64,000 nt of DNA, from the sequence record OQ067375.1; one strand, 5' to 3'. The notes below the pieces were generated by a model, which was not told where the DNA came from, made no database searches, and was given only the letters and a program-made list of their open reading frames with translations. A program made the translations under genes and the position numbers. The DNA is from Escherichia phage a48. This document shows, piece after piece, positions 40,922 through 51,101 of the stretch; the stretch's first letter is position 1, and each line of letters starts with the position of its first letter.

Positions 40922-40935
40922 AGGGCCGAAGCCCT
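40922..40935 (-). other. Intercistronic C(UUCG)G RNA hairpin between 45 and 44
   Basis: AGGGC-CGAA-GCCCT. Confidence 0.55.
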
Positions 40936-40938
40936 CTA

Positions 40939-41625
40939 TTAAAAATCATGGGTAGAATCAGCTTCAAGAGCTACTACATAATTCGCATGTTCACCTTCAA
41001 ATTTAGCAGCGCCTTGTTTACCTTTTGCCCAAAGCAGAAGTTTATAATTTCCTGGTTGCATTTTCATATTTGCCATATTGATAATGAAATTAAATGTGTT
41101 TTCACCATCATAATCACCAAGAGTCAAAGAATATTTAACACGAGTCAAAGCAGAATCTTCTACTTTATTAAAACCGTTAATTACGATTTTACCTTCTTTT
41201 ACTGTGATAGCAATTGTATCAATCTGCAGACCGCGAGATACACGCAACAGCTGTTGAAGGTCTTCAGCTTTAATTTCGGTAACAACAGATGCTACCGGGA
41301 ATGGAATTGGTTTATTAGGAGCAACTACTGTACTCGGATCGGCTGCTGGCCAAAAAATTGTTGAACGGGCATCAGCAATTTTAATATTTCCATCTTCTGA
41401 CTGGGAAATTTCTGCATCATCATTAACTAGAGACAGAATACCGAGAAAACCGTTCAAATCGTAAATTGCTACATCAAAATCAATAGTGTCAGAAATATTT
41501 GCTTCCGCGTAAGTTGTACCATTAACTGCGCGAGTCATAATAAATTGACCGGATTTAAGCATAATACCAGAGTTAATAGTAGCGAAATTTTTGAGCAGAG
41601 CAGTAGTATCTTTAGACAGTTTCAT
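40939..41625 (-). CDS. 45: Sliding clamp gp45
   Basis: 228 aa as T4 gp45. Confidence 0.95.
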   Translation of the reverse strand: MKLSKDTTALLKNFATINSGIMLKSGQFIMTRAVNGTTYAEANISDTIDFDVAIYDLNGFLGILSLVNDDAEISQSEDGNIKIADARSTIFWPAADPSTVVAPNKPIPFPVASVVTEIKAEDLQQLLRVSRGLQIDTIAITVKEGKIVINGFNKVEDSALTRVKYSLTLGDYDGENTFNFIINMANMKMQPGNYKLLLWAKGKQGAAKFEGEHANYVVALEADSTHDF

Positions 41626-41650
41626 GTAATTTCCTTCAATTCAAATGAGA

Positions 41651-41680
41651 TTTAATTTTATAACTAATTTAATAAAGCAA
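41651..41680 (-). promoter_or_regulatory. Candidate MotA-dependent middle promoter for gene 45
   Basis: TTGCTTTA MotA-box-like element about 12 bp upstream of an AT-rich -10. Confidence 0.35.
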
Positions 41681-42070
41681 TTAACGATTAAAATCAGCCG
41701 CAATTGTTTCCGCAACAATTTGAGCAGCAACAATTAGACGTTCATCTGCATTACCGCAATAATCATCTTCAAGACGTTCACCACATGAAGTCATAATAAA
41801 TTTAGCACCGGCGTTTAGGGATTCTGTAGTATGTTTGCGCATTAGTTCAATCCATTTATTACTTACTTCACGATCGATAGCTTCATAATACGCATGACGA
41901 GCAGGTGCAGATTTAATTTTGTTCTGAATAACTTCCATTGCGTTATCAGAAAGAGACAAAACCCATGCTCGACGAATTTTATTTTGGTTTTGTGGATTTG
42001 ATTCAGAACGCACGTGTTTTGGCTGAATATCTTTTACATCAACAGTATAATTCACAGTAATTTTAGTCAT
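41681..42070 (-). CDS. rpbA: RNA polymerase-binding protein RpbA
   Basis: 129 aa, position after 45. Confidence 0.75.
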
Positions 42071-42079
42071 AATACACCT

Positions 42080-42268
42080 TTAGTCATAATAATCAGTAAC
42101 AGTCCAAGCTTCATTTCTATTGGACATTATTTTTGTATATTCTGCTTTAAATGCATTCCTAAGCATAGATTCAGTAACTATATGCTCTTCATTAGAAAAA
42201 TTATTTCTCAGAATATATCGTTTTATTTCAGGAATAGTTAATAGATGCTGTCCAGTTGAATATTCCAT
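42080..42268 (-). CDS. Hypothetical protein (62 aa)
   Basis: Between rpbA and 46. Confidence 0.45.
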   Translation of the reverse strand: MEYSTGQHLLTIPEIKRYILRNNFSNEEHIVTESMLRNAFKAEYTKIMSNRNEAWTVTDYYD

Positions 42269-42323
42269 GTTTTTCCTCCATAGAGATTATACTCTAATAA
42301 ATTAAAGCATAATCTCTTATAAA

Positions 42324-44006
42324 TTAAACCATTACAGTAAATCGACCAACTTTCTTCATTTGAAGATGCTGACCGTATGCTTGCGGGTCATGGTCTCTAT
42401 GTGAAATAACAAAAACGTTAGTATTTTTTAAACTATCTAAAATAATTGAAATAGCTTTTACACCTTCAACGTCGGTCGCTGAATCAAAAACTTCGTCAAG
42501 AATTAACGTGTTTATTTTAACACCTGAAACTTTTTCAGCAATATCACGCCAAGTAAATAAAAGAGCAATATCAATTCGTGCTTTTTCACCTTGACTGAAT
42601 GAAGCATAACTAAAATCTTCGCGACCACGGGATTTAATTGTCTCATTAAATTCTTCATCTAATGTAAACACATAATCCGCTTCCATTATTTTAAGATAAT
42701 GGTTAATCTGCTTATTAAATAATGGAATGTACTTTTTAATAATAGCACCTTTAATACCAGAATCTTTGAGCATATCAGTCAAAATTCCTCGGTGGTATTT
42801 TTCCATTACTAAATTAGTTTTTGTCTTAACAATTTTATCAAGTTCTTCTTGAAGCAGTGCTATTTCATCAGCATGGTCAATAAACTCAGAAGATGCTTTT
42901 TCTATAGCCGCTTTAACTTTTTTAGCTTTATCTACCGTCGTGATTAGAGATTGCTTTTTATTGCGGATATCATTTGCCAACGACTGTTGGGTTTTAATAT
43001 TATCTCGGTATTCATCAACAAGAACTTTTAAATTATCACGATGCGTTGAAAGCTGTTCAAATGAATGTGTGCATTCAGAAACTTTATCTTTAATTTTGGA
43101 AACAACTTTATCACCGGAACTCAATTGCGACAAACAGGTTGGACATAATCCACCTTCGTGATACATATTAATGACTTTATTATACGAGTCAATTTTTGAT
43201 TTAATTAAAACTGCTTCTTGACCGATTTTATTAAATGCATCAGTCGGGTCTTCGTCTAAAACAATATTAACTAATCTTTCGTTAGCTTCTTCTATTTCCG
43301 ATTTTAGCGTTCTAGCTTCTTTTGCCAAATCATCATACATATTTTGCAGACGAGTAAGGTTGTCACCAGTTAATTTTTTCTGGCGTTCAACATTATCATT
43401 ATATATTTTAATTTGTTGGATAATACTATCTTTTTTAACATCAAGCACTTGGTTTTGTGAATTTAATTCACGTATTAGTGCTTTATTAAGCTTATCCATT
43501 TCAGCTAATGTTCCTACCTCAAGCAGGTCTTCCACAAGCTTTCTTCGCGCAGGGGTCGACAAACCCATGAAAGGGGTATACCCTGCTGTACCAAGGACAA
43601 CAATCTGCTTGAAACTGGCATATGACATTCCGATAAGCTGTTCAAATTCTGCTTGGAAATCTTTACTGCTGGCAGATTCATTAAGACGTGTACCGTTAAC
43701 GGTGATTTCGAAAACGTTTGGTTTTTGTCCTCTTTTGATATAGTACTTTTTCTCATCATATTCCATCCACAGTTCAACTAAAAGTTCTTTCTTATTTGTG
43801 CTGTTTATTAATTGACCTTTCTTTACATCACGAAATGGCTTGCCAAAAAGCCCAAACGTGATGGCTTCTAGCATAGTAGACTTACCACCGCCATTTCGTC
43901 CAGTAATAAGAGTTTTTTGAACCTTATCTAATTGAATGTCAATAGGATTTCCACCTACTGACATTATATTTTGATACCTAACTCGGTTTAGTTTAAAATT
44001 CTTCAC
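42324..44006 (-). CDS. 46: Recombination nuclease subunit gp46 (Rad50/SbcC-like)
   Basis: 560 aa as T4 gp46; GTG start; Walker A GRNGGGKST. Confidence 0.95.
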   Translation of the reverse strand: MKNFKLNRVRYQNIMSVGGNPIDIQLDKVQKTLITGRNGGGKSTMLEAITFGLFGKPFRDVKKGQLINSTNKKELLVELWMEYDEKKYYIKRGQKPNVFEITVNGTRLNESASSKDFQAEFEQLIGMSYASFKQIVVLGTAGYTPFMGLSTPARRKLVEDLLEVGTLAEMDKLNKALIRELNSQNQVLDVKKDSIIQQIKIYNDNVERQKKLTGDNLTRLQNMYDDLAKEARTLKSEIEEANERLVNIVLDEDPTDAFNKIGQEAVLIKSKIDSYNKVINMYHEGGLCPTCLSQLSSGDKVVSKIKDKVSECTHSFEQLSTHRDNLKVLVDEYRDNIKTQQSLANDIRNKKQSLITTVDKAKKVKAAIEKASSEFIDHADEIALLQEELDKIVKTKTNLVMEKYHRGILTDMLKDSGIKGAIIKKYIPLFNKQINHYLKIMEADYVFTLDEEFNETIKSRGREDFSYASFSQGEKARIDIALLFTWRDIAEKVSGVKINTLILDEVFDSATDVEGVKAISIILDSLKNTNVFVISHRDHDPQAYGQHLQMKKVGRFTVMV

Positions 44007-44266
44007 AAAAGATTCCTTTTAATGTATCTTTTAGACCATTCTATCATATCATCATAATCTAAAAAGTATTCATCAAATTCAGCCATGCAAACAACGCCTT
44101 GTGCTGTTTTTGATGTAATATAAATTATTCCAACATATCTAGAATCTTCTTCGGTATAATCAATGTTTGCTATGAATTCATCATTAATGTCAAATGTCGA
44201 AAACTTCACAGTATGCATCCTTAATACAAGATACAGCCATATCTCGCAATGATTTAGGTGTGTCAT
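44003..44266 (-). CDS. Hypothetical protein (87 aa)
   Basis: Between 47 and 46. Confidence 0.4.
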   Translation of the reverse strand: MTHLNHCEIWLYLVLRMHTVKFSTFDINDEFIANIDYTEEDSRYVGIIYITSKTAQGVVCMAEFDEYFLDYDDMIEWSKRYIKRNLL

Positions 44267-44453
44267 TATCTAAAATGTTGAAGTTAAAAGATACAGCCCA
44301 GTCAGTGCAGACCGTAACCTTTTTAATACAATTATCTTCAACTTCTAGCGGTTCAAACCAGTATTCAATAATTTCTTTATGACCAATATCATCTTTTACT
44401 TCACATTCAAAATGCTGACTCATCATAACATTTTTAAATTCATCAAAAGTCAT
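44190..44453 (-). CDS. Hypothetical protein (87 aa)
   Basis: Between 47 and 46; overlaps neighbour in another frame. Confidence 0.4.
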   Translation of the reverse strand: MTFDEFKNVMMSQHFECEVKDDIGHKEIIEYWFEPLEVEDNCIKKVTVCTDWAVSFNFNILDNDTPKSLRDMAVSCIKDAYCEVFDI

Positions 44454-45469
44454 TGTGTTGCCTCTACATATAGCTGGTTTGCATATTGAATAAGTGCTTC
44501 ACGGTCAGAATCAGTGATGTCTGGAATTGCATTAATATACTCTTCCATTAATGTCTGAAGCGATTGAACTTCAACTTCTTCACTGTCATCTGACTCTACA
44601 GAGTTATCAATCTTTGACACAACTCGTAATGAATGCACAACTTTTTCTAATTCAGATTCGAACTTCGTCAGATTTTTGTCTACTTCAGTTACTATAACAC
44701 GTACTGATAGATTTGTAAAATCTTTATAGTCAATTTTTCCTTTAAATGGATAATGAATTCTACGATGCCAGGTAGTATTGTTTGGAATAAATTCCATTCG
44801 TTCTGTTTCTGTATCAAACATCCAGAATCCGCGAGGGTCATTCTCGTCACCTGCAGTTAGTGTCCATGGTGTCCCAATATATCTGACGTTAGCAGCCTCA
44901 GAGATAGTATGGAAGTGACCAGACCACACTTCTTTATAAGTCTTAAGGAAATCAGGTTCAAGACCGTGAGATTTCATTCCTTTATAAAAATAAAATCCAT
45001 TCAGTTCCCAGTGACCAACACAAAAAGAAGCAGATGAAGTTTTGATGTGCTCAAGAATTTCACCAGTATTTTCTTCGCACATCCAAGGAATTAAATCAAT
45101 CAAACATCCGTCAAAATCTACTGTAGTAGGCTTATCATATACTTTAACATTAGGATATTTAGCCAAAAGCTCAGTAGAGGCATTTGGAGTTAAAGTATTT
45201 TTAAAGTGCATATCATGGTTTCCTACAATAGTATGTAGGGTAATACCAGCATCATCAAGCATTTGAACTATTTCACGAGCGAACTCCATAGTTTTATGCG
45301 TGATTGCTTTTCGCACATCAAAAATATCGCCGTATTGAATCCAGGTAGTAATTCCATTTTTCTTAGAATATTCTATCGCTTGCTTAATTCCATCCAACTG
45401 AATGGATTGAACCCACTCATCATCGGCTTTAACGCCTAAATGCCAATCACCTAAATTTAAAATTTTCAT
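44450..45469 (-). CDS. 47: Recombination nuclease subunit gp47 (Mre11/SbcD-like)
   Basis: 339 aa as T4 gp47; phosphoesterase motifs. Confidence 0.95.
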   Translation of the reverse strand: MKILNLGDWHLGVKADDEWVQSIQLDGIKQAIEYSKKNGITTWIQYGDIFDVRKAITHKTMEFAREIVQMLDDAGITLHTIVGNHDMHFKNTLTPNASTELLAKYPNVKVYDKPTTVDFDGCLIDLIPWMCEENTGEILEHIKTSSASFCVGHWELNGFYFYKGMKSHGLEPDFLKTYKEVWSGHFHTISEAANVRYIGTPWTLTAGDENDPRGFWMFDTETERMEFIPNNTTWHRRIHYPFKGKIDYKDFTNLSVRVIVTEVDKNLTKFESELEKVVHSLRVVSKIDNSVESDDSEEVEVQSLQTLMEEYINAIPDITDSDREALIQYANQLYVEATQ

Positions 45470-45606
45470 ATATCAAGAACCGTCATTGAAATGTAAAATA
45501 AAATTATTGAAATAAATCCATCTGGAGTGCTAAAGAACCCAATCCAACATGCTCTAGTGAATAGATAAAATGCAAGAAAAAGTATCACATATCCAAGAAA
45601 TATCAT
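45466..45606 (-). CDS. Small membrane peptide, 46 aa (sub-threshold)
   Basis: Verified open frame; SD ACGGAG. Confidence 0.3.
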   Translation of the reverse strand: MIFLGYVILFLAFYLFTRACWIGFFSTPDGFISIILFYISMTVLDI

Positions 45607-45629
45607 TATATCAAACTCCGTATAAAGCT

Positions 45630-45647
45630 AAAGGGCCGAAGCCCTTT
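45630..45647 (-). other. C(UUCG)G RNA hairpin at a-gt stop
   Basis: AAAGGGC-CGAA-GCCCTTT. Confidence 0.55.
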
Positions 45648-46848
45648 ATTTTGTAATAATGTCAAACTGTTCTTTAAAGCAGAAGCTTGAATCTTGATGC
45701 TGATACAAAAATTCATATGCTTTTTCTCGCTCACGGTCATAAAGAGCTCGATCAGATGACAATTCTTTAATACGTTCAAATGTTGATTCCATGTCATTTT
45801 CATCAAACCAAATGATACCGCTATCATGCGAGGTCAAAGGAGTATTATCAACGCGGAATTTCAAATTATCACCCGTTGATTTCCAAAATACCGGAATTGT
45901 TCCACATGCACCAAGCTCGAGATGAGTATATTCTAAAGAACGCTGTAGATATTTTTTATCCAACTTACTCAACTGATAACCAAATCCGGATTTACTCATA
46001 CGCTCAAGCATTTCGCTATTTACATAACGGTCAAGAATTTGCGTTGGCAAATTAGGAGCAATTTTAATTTGGTCTACTTGATGAAGACGATAATACTCAT
46101 ATGGAATTCCTTTTTCTTTAATAGGAATGAACGCTGGAGAACGTTCCAGACCTTCCATAATAGTACTTAGTCCTGCAGGTTTAAGATGTTTTTCATGAAA
46201 ATCAAACATCTGATAAAAACCTTTCCATGTAGTCGTACGACCAATCCAGCGGTTGATATTCATGTTAATTTCAGAAACATCTTTCCAGTAGGTTGACCGA
46301 ACCCTCGCAATATCCATAGGAGGCTGAAAGTTGTATACGGTCGGTGCTTCTTCAATATCATCAAACAGAGAAACAGTTTCTGGATACCATTCTTTCATCA
46401 GAACTTTATTAAAATCACCATTATCAGAATGACTAAAAATAACATCAGCTCGACGAACAGTTTCTTCTAATCCCAAATTTCGACGCAAAGAAAGAGAAGA
46501 ATGGTCATGTTGATAAACTACAACACGAACAGAAGGTTTAATGTTATCAATAATTTTTTTATAGTTATTAATAGTGTCTTCTTCAACTGAAGTAGCAGGA
46601 ACTGAATTGATAATTAGAATATCACAATCATTTACCAGCTTAAGTGTTTTATCGTATTCTTTTGCCAATAAAACCGGAATTGAAAATGATTTATAATCAT
46701 GCGCGCAATTACGAGTAAATGATTTATCTTTAGCATAAACCAAAGTTACTTCATGACCATTTTTAATAAACCAATCACGTTGCTCAAGAGAAAATTTAGT
46801 TACACCACAACCTTCAAGACCTCGAGCCATAAAAATACATACTTTCAT
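45646..46848 (-). CDS. a-gt: DNA alpha-glucosyltransferase
   Basis: 400 aa as T4 a-gt. Confidence 0.9.
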   Translation of the reverse strand: MKVCIFMARGLEGCGVTKFSLEQRDWFIKNGHEVTLVYAKDKSFTRNCAHDYKSFSIPVLLAKEYDKTLKLVNDCDILIINSVPATSVEEDTINNYKKIIDNIKPSVRVVVYQHDHSSLSLRRNLGLEETVRRADVIFSHSDNGDFNKVLMKEWYPETVSLFDDIEEAPTVYNFQPPMDIARVRSTYWKDVSEINMNINRWIGRTTTWKGFYQMFDFHEKHLKPAGLSTIMEGLERSPAFIPIKEKGIPYEYYRLHQVDQIKIAPNLPTQILDRYVNSEMLERMSKSGFGYQLSKLDKKYLQRSLEYTHLELGACGTIPVFWKSTGDNLKFRVDNTPLTSHDSGIIWFDENDMESTFERIKELSSDRALYDREREKAYEFLYQHQDSSFCFKEQFDIITK

Positions 46849-46898
46849 TTAATATCCTCATTGTTTTGGTTTATTTTACCAAAAATTTATAAAGCAAT

Positions 46899-46918
46899 AT
46901 AGGAGCCGAAGCTCCTAT
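46899..46918 (-). other. C(UUCG)G RNA hairpin
   Basis: ATAGGAGC-CGAA-GCTCCTAT. Confidence 0.5.
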
Positions 46919-47088
46919 CCGCATAATACGCCATACAAAGGCTCATTAGAGCTTCTAAATTTTATGCGCTTATATGTTATAGTTCCTTCTGCTTTAGCTT
47001 TATCATGAGACTCTTTAAAGCGTCTCATCATTTCCTCTTTAGAGGAACGAATTTTATTATAATCTATTTCAGAAGTCTGGGTGTTCAT
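46915..47088 (-). CDS. Small protein, 57 aa (sub-threshold)
   Basis: Verified open frame. Confidence 0.3.
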   Translation of the reverse strand: MNTQTSEIDYNKIRSSKEEMMRRFKESHDKAKAEGTITYKRIKFRSSNEPLYGVLCG

Positions 47089-47091
47089 CTT

Positions 47092-47298
47092 TCATAACTG
47101 CCACCATTTTTTAACTTGATAAGAATCAACCCACACTTTCATATTAGGGTCTGCTCTTACAATAGGAGGATTAACTTCTTTAATTGAACTATCACGGTAT
47201 TCTTTTTCAGAAATTTTCACACAAAGATGACCATTCAAAGATTCAGTAAATCCTGCATTAATTTTAAGACGCTTGAATTTTACGTGTGTAAGCATCAA
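47092..47298 (-). CDS. Hypothetical protein (68 aa)
   Basis: ORF in cluster. Confidence 0.4.
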   Translation of the reverse strand: MMLTHVKFKRLKINAGFTESLNGHLCVKISEKEYRDSSIKEVNPPIVRADPNMKVWVDSYQVKKWWQL

Positions 47299-47581
47299 TC
47301 ATATCCTCAATCTGCGATCTAGTAGTCTTCCAAAGAATACTAATGAGTTCATCGTTATATGGCTGTTTTAGAATATCCCGACTTTTCTTGATAGCATATT
47401 CGTATTGAGCAAAATTATTATTTTCAGCTGCAATCTGAGCGTGCTTATAAAGACGATTCAGTTCGCGTTTGTTTTTAGACAATAACTTATTTGCTTTTCT
47501 TTCTGCTTCAAGACGGTTCTTTTCTTCAATAGAAGAAATAAGCTTTTCCACTTCATCATTAATTTCGGGTTTATCAGTCAT
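47264..47581 (-). CDS. Hypothetical protein (105 aa)
   Basis: ORF in cluster. Confidence 0.45.
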   Translation of the reverse strand: MTDKPEINDEVEKLISSIEEKNRLEAERKANKLLSKNKRELNRLYKHAQIAAENNNFAQYEYAIKKSRDILKQPYNDELISILWKTTRSQIEDMIDAYTRKIQAS

Positions 47582-47582
47582 A

Positions 47583-47801
47583 TTATTTCTCTAATATAAA
47601 ATAAAAATCATCATCTGTTAAATGATACCGATAGTTTAATTCTACACCATTAGATTTAAAAGCGGTATCATACGGATTTTCTGGATCAATATCAATGTCA
47701 AGAGCTAAAACTTCCCTGAGATACATTTTAAGTAAATAGGGAATAGCTTCAACTTCGGGTATTTCTTCCAAGAATCCGGAGAGGTTAATCGTTAGCCTCA
47801 T
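47583..47801 (-). CDS. Hypothetical protein (72 aa)
   Basis: ORF in cluster. Confidence 0.4.
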
Positions 47802-48342
47802 ATAAAAAATCCAAACTAGGAGAATCGTCTACAACACTTTTCTTTTCAGCCCCCGGTGTTCTATAGGTTGATTCTTCGTAATGCGTCATTTTATCGTAGA
47901 TGTCTTGAATAAAAGTTTCATCTACTAACGCAACCATATCGTCGTCACGGCTGTCATAGACATTGTGAACGAAGTAACTATATTTCTTTGCAACTTCCTT
48001 ACGTTCTTTTTTAATACGTTGGACGAATGCATTAAAACAAGCTTGAGTTATATACGCATGTGGGTTTTTATATTTCGTTTCATCAAAATTGTGAAGCCCC
48101 TTAATAGAAGCTTCTATACCATCTGCAATCATTTCTTGTTTCCAAGACTGGGTGTATCCTGAAAAGTTGAAACGTTTAGATAAGCCTTCTGCAATAAGCA
48201 TAATGGCTAATCCGATAGTATCATTCTGACGAACTACTTTATTTGGGTCTTTATTATTTGCTAATTCTGTTTTCCAATCAATAATAGCTTGTAAAAGCTC
48301 TTTATTGTTTACGTAATTATATTTAGGCTTAGTTTCTGACAT
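47785..48342 (-). CDS. 55: Late sigma factor gp55
   Basis: 185 aa from ATG (track start GTG); matches T4 gp55. Confidence 0.9.
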
Positions 48343-48424
48343 TTTCACCTCTTAGCTCAATTCATAGATCTATTATATCATAATATTTGAAGATCTATCT
48401 TAAAGCACAGAGGATGAATCAATT

Positions 48425-48640
48425 TCAAGCATTCATCAGCTTAGCCGCTCCAAGAGCTGTATCTAGTGAATCAAATTGGTCAACATATTCAATCAATTCG
48501 CCGTAATTAGCATATAACCACCATTGGCTAAATTCATACTCAAGGATGAATCCGTTTCCTTCAATTTGAGTTAAACCAATGCCATTTGTATTTACTTCAT
48601 ATCCAGCAAGACGCAAATCGTTAATAAGAGCTTCGTTCAT
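48425..48640 (-). CDS. Hypothetical protein (71 aa)
   Basis: ORF in cluster. Confidence 0.4.
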   Translation of the reverse strand: MNEALINDLRLAGYEVNTNGIGLTQIEGNGFILEYEFSQWWLYANYGELIEYVDQFDSLDTALGAAKLMNA

Positions 48641-48642
48641 AA

Positions 48643-48969
48643 TTATACCTTAGTAATTTTCAGGTCTGCAAATTTTTTCTTGCGTTGATTTTTCATACGA
48701 CGAATAGTCTTATCGGAAATTTCATGCTTTTGATAAGCTTTAGATTCTACACCAAAAGCTTTAACATCAAATTCTGACAAGATATATTGAACCAACAATT
48801 CACGGATAGTATTGCGTCCAATCTTCTGATCATTCTGTTTCATCATCTGATGAAGCTCTTTTTCCCATTTATCCAAAATTTGAGGAGTTACAATATCGCC
48901 TTTTTCTAGCAAAGAAACTACTTTATCATATGCGTAAGAATTGATGGCGTTTTTAATTTGAATAGTCAT
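48643..48969 (-). CDS. Hypothetical protein (108 aa)
   Basis: ORF in cluster. Confidence 0.45.
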   Translation of the reverse strand: MTIQIKNAINSYAYDKVVSLLEKGDIVTPQILDKWEKELHQMMKQNDQKIGRNTIRELLVQYILSEFDVKAFGVESKAYQKHEISDKTIRRMKNQRKKKFADLKITKV

Positions 48970-49007
48970 ACATTATCCTCAATTACGTTAAAATTTTATT
49001 ATCCAAA

Positions 49008-49023
49008 AAGGGCCGAAGCCCTT
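49008..49023 (-). other. Intercistronic C(UUCG)G RNA hairpin
   Basis: AAGGGC-CGAA-GCCCTT. Confidence 0.55.
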
Positions 49024-49222
49024 AGCTAAACTTTTTGGCACCCTTCCAGCCTTCATACATCATTGCGGCTGATATTAATATTGCTCCTGAGCAACTTGAA
49101 TATTTGTGATTCCAAAACCAGTTCAGAAAAACTTCGTCATCAATACCTTGGGCTATCATATTTTCAAAGAACTGACGACGAGCTTCGGCAATTCGCTGCG
49201 ATAATTTAGATTCAGGATTCAT
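49022..49222 (-). CDS. Hypothetical protein (66 aa)
   Basis: ORF in cluster. Confidence 0.4.
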   Translation of the reverse strand: MNPESKLSQRIAEARRQFFENMIAQGIDDEVFLNWFWNHKYSSCSGAILISAAMMYEGWKGAKKFS

Positions 49223-49354
49223 TTAAATTTCCCAATTACCATTTTCATCAATAAATTTAATCCAGTCATTTACTGACCACTTAGTTGTATCGCCTTTTGG
49301 AGCAACATTTAAAGTATATAGCCCTTGCTTAAAAAGCATTCGTTTGATATTCAT
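49223..49354 (-). CDS. Hypothetical small protein (43 aa from internal ATG)
   Basis: Start chosen to avoid overlap; uncertain. Confidence 0.3.
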   Translation of the reverse strand: MNIKRMLFKQGLYTLNVAPKGDTTKWSVNDWIKFIDENGNWEI

Positions 49355-49361
49355 ATTTTCC

Positions 49362-49655
49362 TCAGCTATAACGATAACACTCGTTTGATTTACGTTTAGC
49401 AACTCGTTGAGAAGTATTATAATCAAAATCATCGTCAATGTAAACTGATTTTTTCAACTTTCTTACTTCACCACGTAATTGACGATTTAGCTCATCTTTA
49501 ACTTCTGAATCAATGCCTTTCATTCTACGCCATTTATCTGAGCGAAAAATGTTTTCAACCATATCTTTATGACTTACACCATCAGGAGCTTTACGCTTTC
49601 CGAAATAGTCATAATCACGCACTTTTAAGTCTTTACGACGATACGTTTTACCCAT
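49362..49655 (-). CDS. Hypothetical K/R-rich protein (97 aa from internal ATG)
   Basis: Start uncertain. Confidence 0.35.
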   Translation of the reverse strand: MGKTYRRKDLKVRDYDYFGKRKAPDGVSHKDMVENIFRSDKWRRMKGIDSEVKDELNRQLRGEVRKLKKSVYIDDDFDYNTSQRVAKRKSNECYRYS

Positions 49656-49830
49656 GGAGTTTAATTTCCTTAGCAATTGAACTAAATACAGCACGGTCAC
49701 AAATCATGTGTTTATGTAACTTAAGTATAAGATAATAAACATCATAACCATTTACGTAAGTAACGCGAACAGCATTACCATTAATAAGATAATACTGCCC
49801 CTTTTTAATTTCTTTATCAATCATAACCAT
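49648..49830 (-). CDS. Hypothetical protein (60 aa)
   Basis: Downstream of promoter. Confidence 0.4.
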   Translation of the reverse strand: MVMIDKEIKKGQYYLINGNAVRVTYVNGYDVYYLILKLHKHMICDRAVFSSIAKEIKLHG

Positions 49831-49860
49831 ATCAATTCCTCAAAGGCAATTCATGTGTTA

Positions 49861-49890
49861 ATAATACCACAGTTTGAGCTCGTTGTAAAC
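49861..49890 (-). promoter_or_regulatory. Early sigma70-type promoter (GTTTAC / TATTAT)
   Basis: Consensus elements. Confidence 0.5.
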
Positions 49891-49971
49891 AACTTTGTGA
49901 AAAATATTTTAGGGAATGATAAGAAAGGAACGATAGCTTAGAATGGTAATATACAGAATGTGAGAAAGAAA

Positions 49972-49984
49972 GGCCCAGAGGGCC
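49972..49984 (-). terminator. Short GC hairpin plus T-rich run after nrdH
   Basis: GGCCC-AGA-GGGCC. Confidence 0.4.
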
Positions 49985-49988
49985 CGTC

Positions 49989-50297
49989 TTAATCTTCTAT
50001 GATATCTCTATCATATCCAAGTGAAATGAGAGTTTCTTTGAAGTGTTTAATGTTCTTTTGTCTAGAATCATTAATGAAAATGACTGGATAACGAATGTTA
50101 AGAGATGTGAATCCAGCTCGTTTAGCAAGAGATACAATCAGTGGACGATCATACTCAATCTTACCATTATTTGTAAGAACTTTATAGAAAGTAAAAGGAG
50201 CATTGAGCTCCTTTAGAAGTTTTGTAACTGATTGACATCCAGGACAACGACCTACTTCATCTGGAATTCCATAGACTTCAATCTTATTTTGTTTCAC
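49989..50297 (-). CDS. nrdH: Glutaredoxin-like NrdH
   Basis: 102 aa, CPGC redox motif; GTG start. Confidence 0.75.
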   Translation of the reverse strand: MKQNKIEVYGIPDEVGRCPGCQSVTKLLKELNAPFTFYKVLTNNGKIEYDRPLIVSLAKRAGFTSLNIRYPVIFINDSRQKNIKHFKETLISLGYDRDIIED

Positions 50298-50299
50298 AA

Positions 50300-50512
50300 C
50301 TATTCCTTACTAAGAGCAGCATTCAGCTTGTTAGTAATTTTATCCAGGCGCTCATTGAACTCACTGGAAGATAAGCCCTTTTCTGGAGAAATTAAACTAA
50401 TCACGAAAAATATAGCAATAAAAGGAATAAGGAAAATAGCTCCAACTGCCATAAACAGAAAGAATGTTACAGTTGTAAGAAAATCAGCTAAACCTTTACG
50501 AAATTTATACAT
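50300..50512 (-). CDS. Hypothetical membrane protein (70 aa)
   Basis: Hydrophobic segment. Confidence 0.45.
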   Translation of the reverse strand: MYKFRKGLADFLTTVTFFLFMAVGAIFLIPFIAIFFVISLISPEKGLSSSEFNERLDKITNKLNAALSKE

Positions 50513-50630
50513 TTACATTTACCTTTAATTGATTAACCAAGCATTGATAAGCACTAAACTATATTGGGAATAAAATTCTGGACCAAAATGAAAAATCATA
50601 TCATTTATAGTATCCATAATGTAATTCAAT

Positions 50631-51101
50631 TTAATCATGTTTCCACACCCCATCGGTATTTGACCAAAGTCGCTGATTATCTGATCCTCGCCACAGCTTT
50701 TTAGTCGGAAGATTTTTCTCATACTTCCCATCAATAATAACATCAACATATTTAAGCATTTCTAGTTGTTTAATATCTTCAAACTTATATCCTGTCCACA
50801 ACCAAATGCTTTTATTGGGATAAAGATTTTTAATAGTTTGAACAATGCAATGAATAACATCTCGATTGTCAGGATAGAGAGGGTCTCCTCCAGTTATAGT
50901 CAATCCTTCTATATAATCATTATTCAAACATTCAATTAATTGTTCTAGTGTTTCACCAGTGAATGGAATACCATTTCTAGCATTCCATGTTGATTTATTA
51001 TAACACCCTTCACATTTATGCAAACAACCTGTAACGAAAAGAACGACCCTGCAACCAGGGCCATTAACAAAATCGCAAGGATAAAATCTATCATAATTCA
51101 T
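50631..51101 (-). CDS. nrdG: Anaerobic ribonucleotide reductase activase NrdG (radical SAM)
   Basis: 156 aa, radical-SAM-type cysteine cluster. Confidence 0.9.
   Translation of the reverse strand: MNYDRFYPCDFVNGPGCRVVLFVTGCLHKCEGCYNKSTWNARNGIPFTGETLEQLIECLNNDYIEGLTITGGDPLYPDNRDVIHCIVQTIKNLYPNKSIWLWTGYKFEDIKQLEMLKYVDVIIDGKYEKNLPTKKLWRGSDNQRLWSNTDGVWKHD

Noticed and set aside
45606-45827. 73-aa - strand ORF overlapping the 3' end of a-gt
   Set aside because: It overlaps a-gt in another frame; the intergenic space is better explained by the 46-aa ORF 45466..45606 and the hairpin
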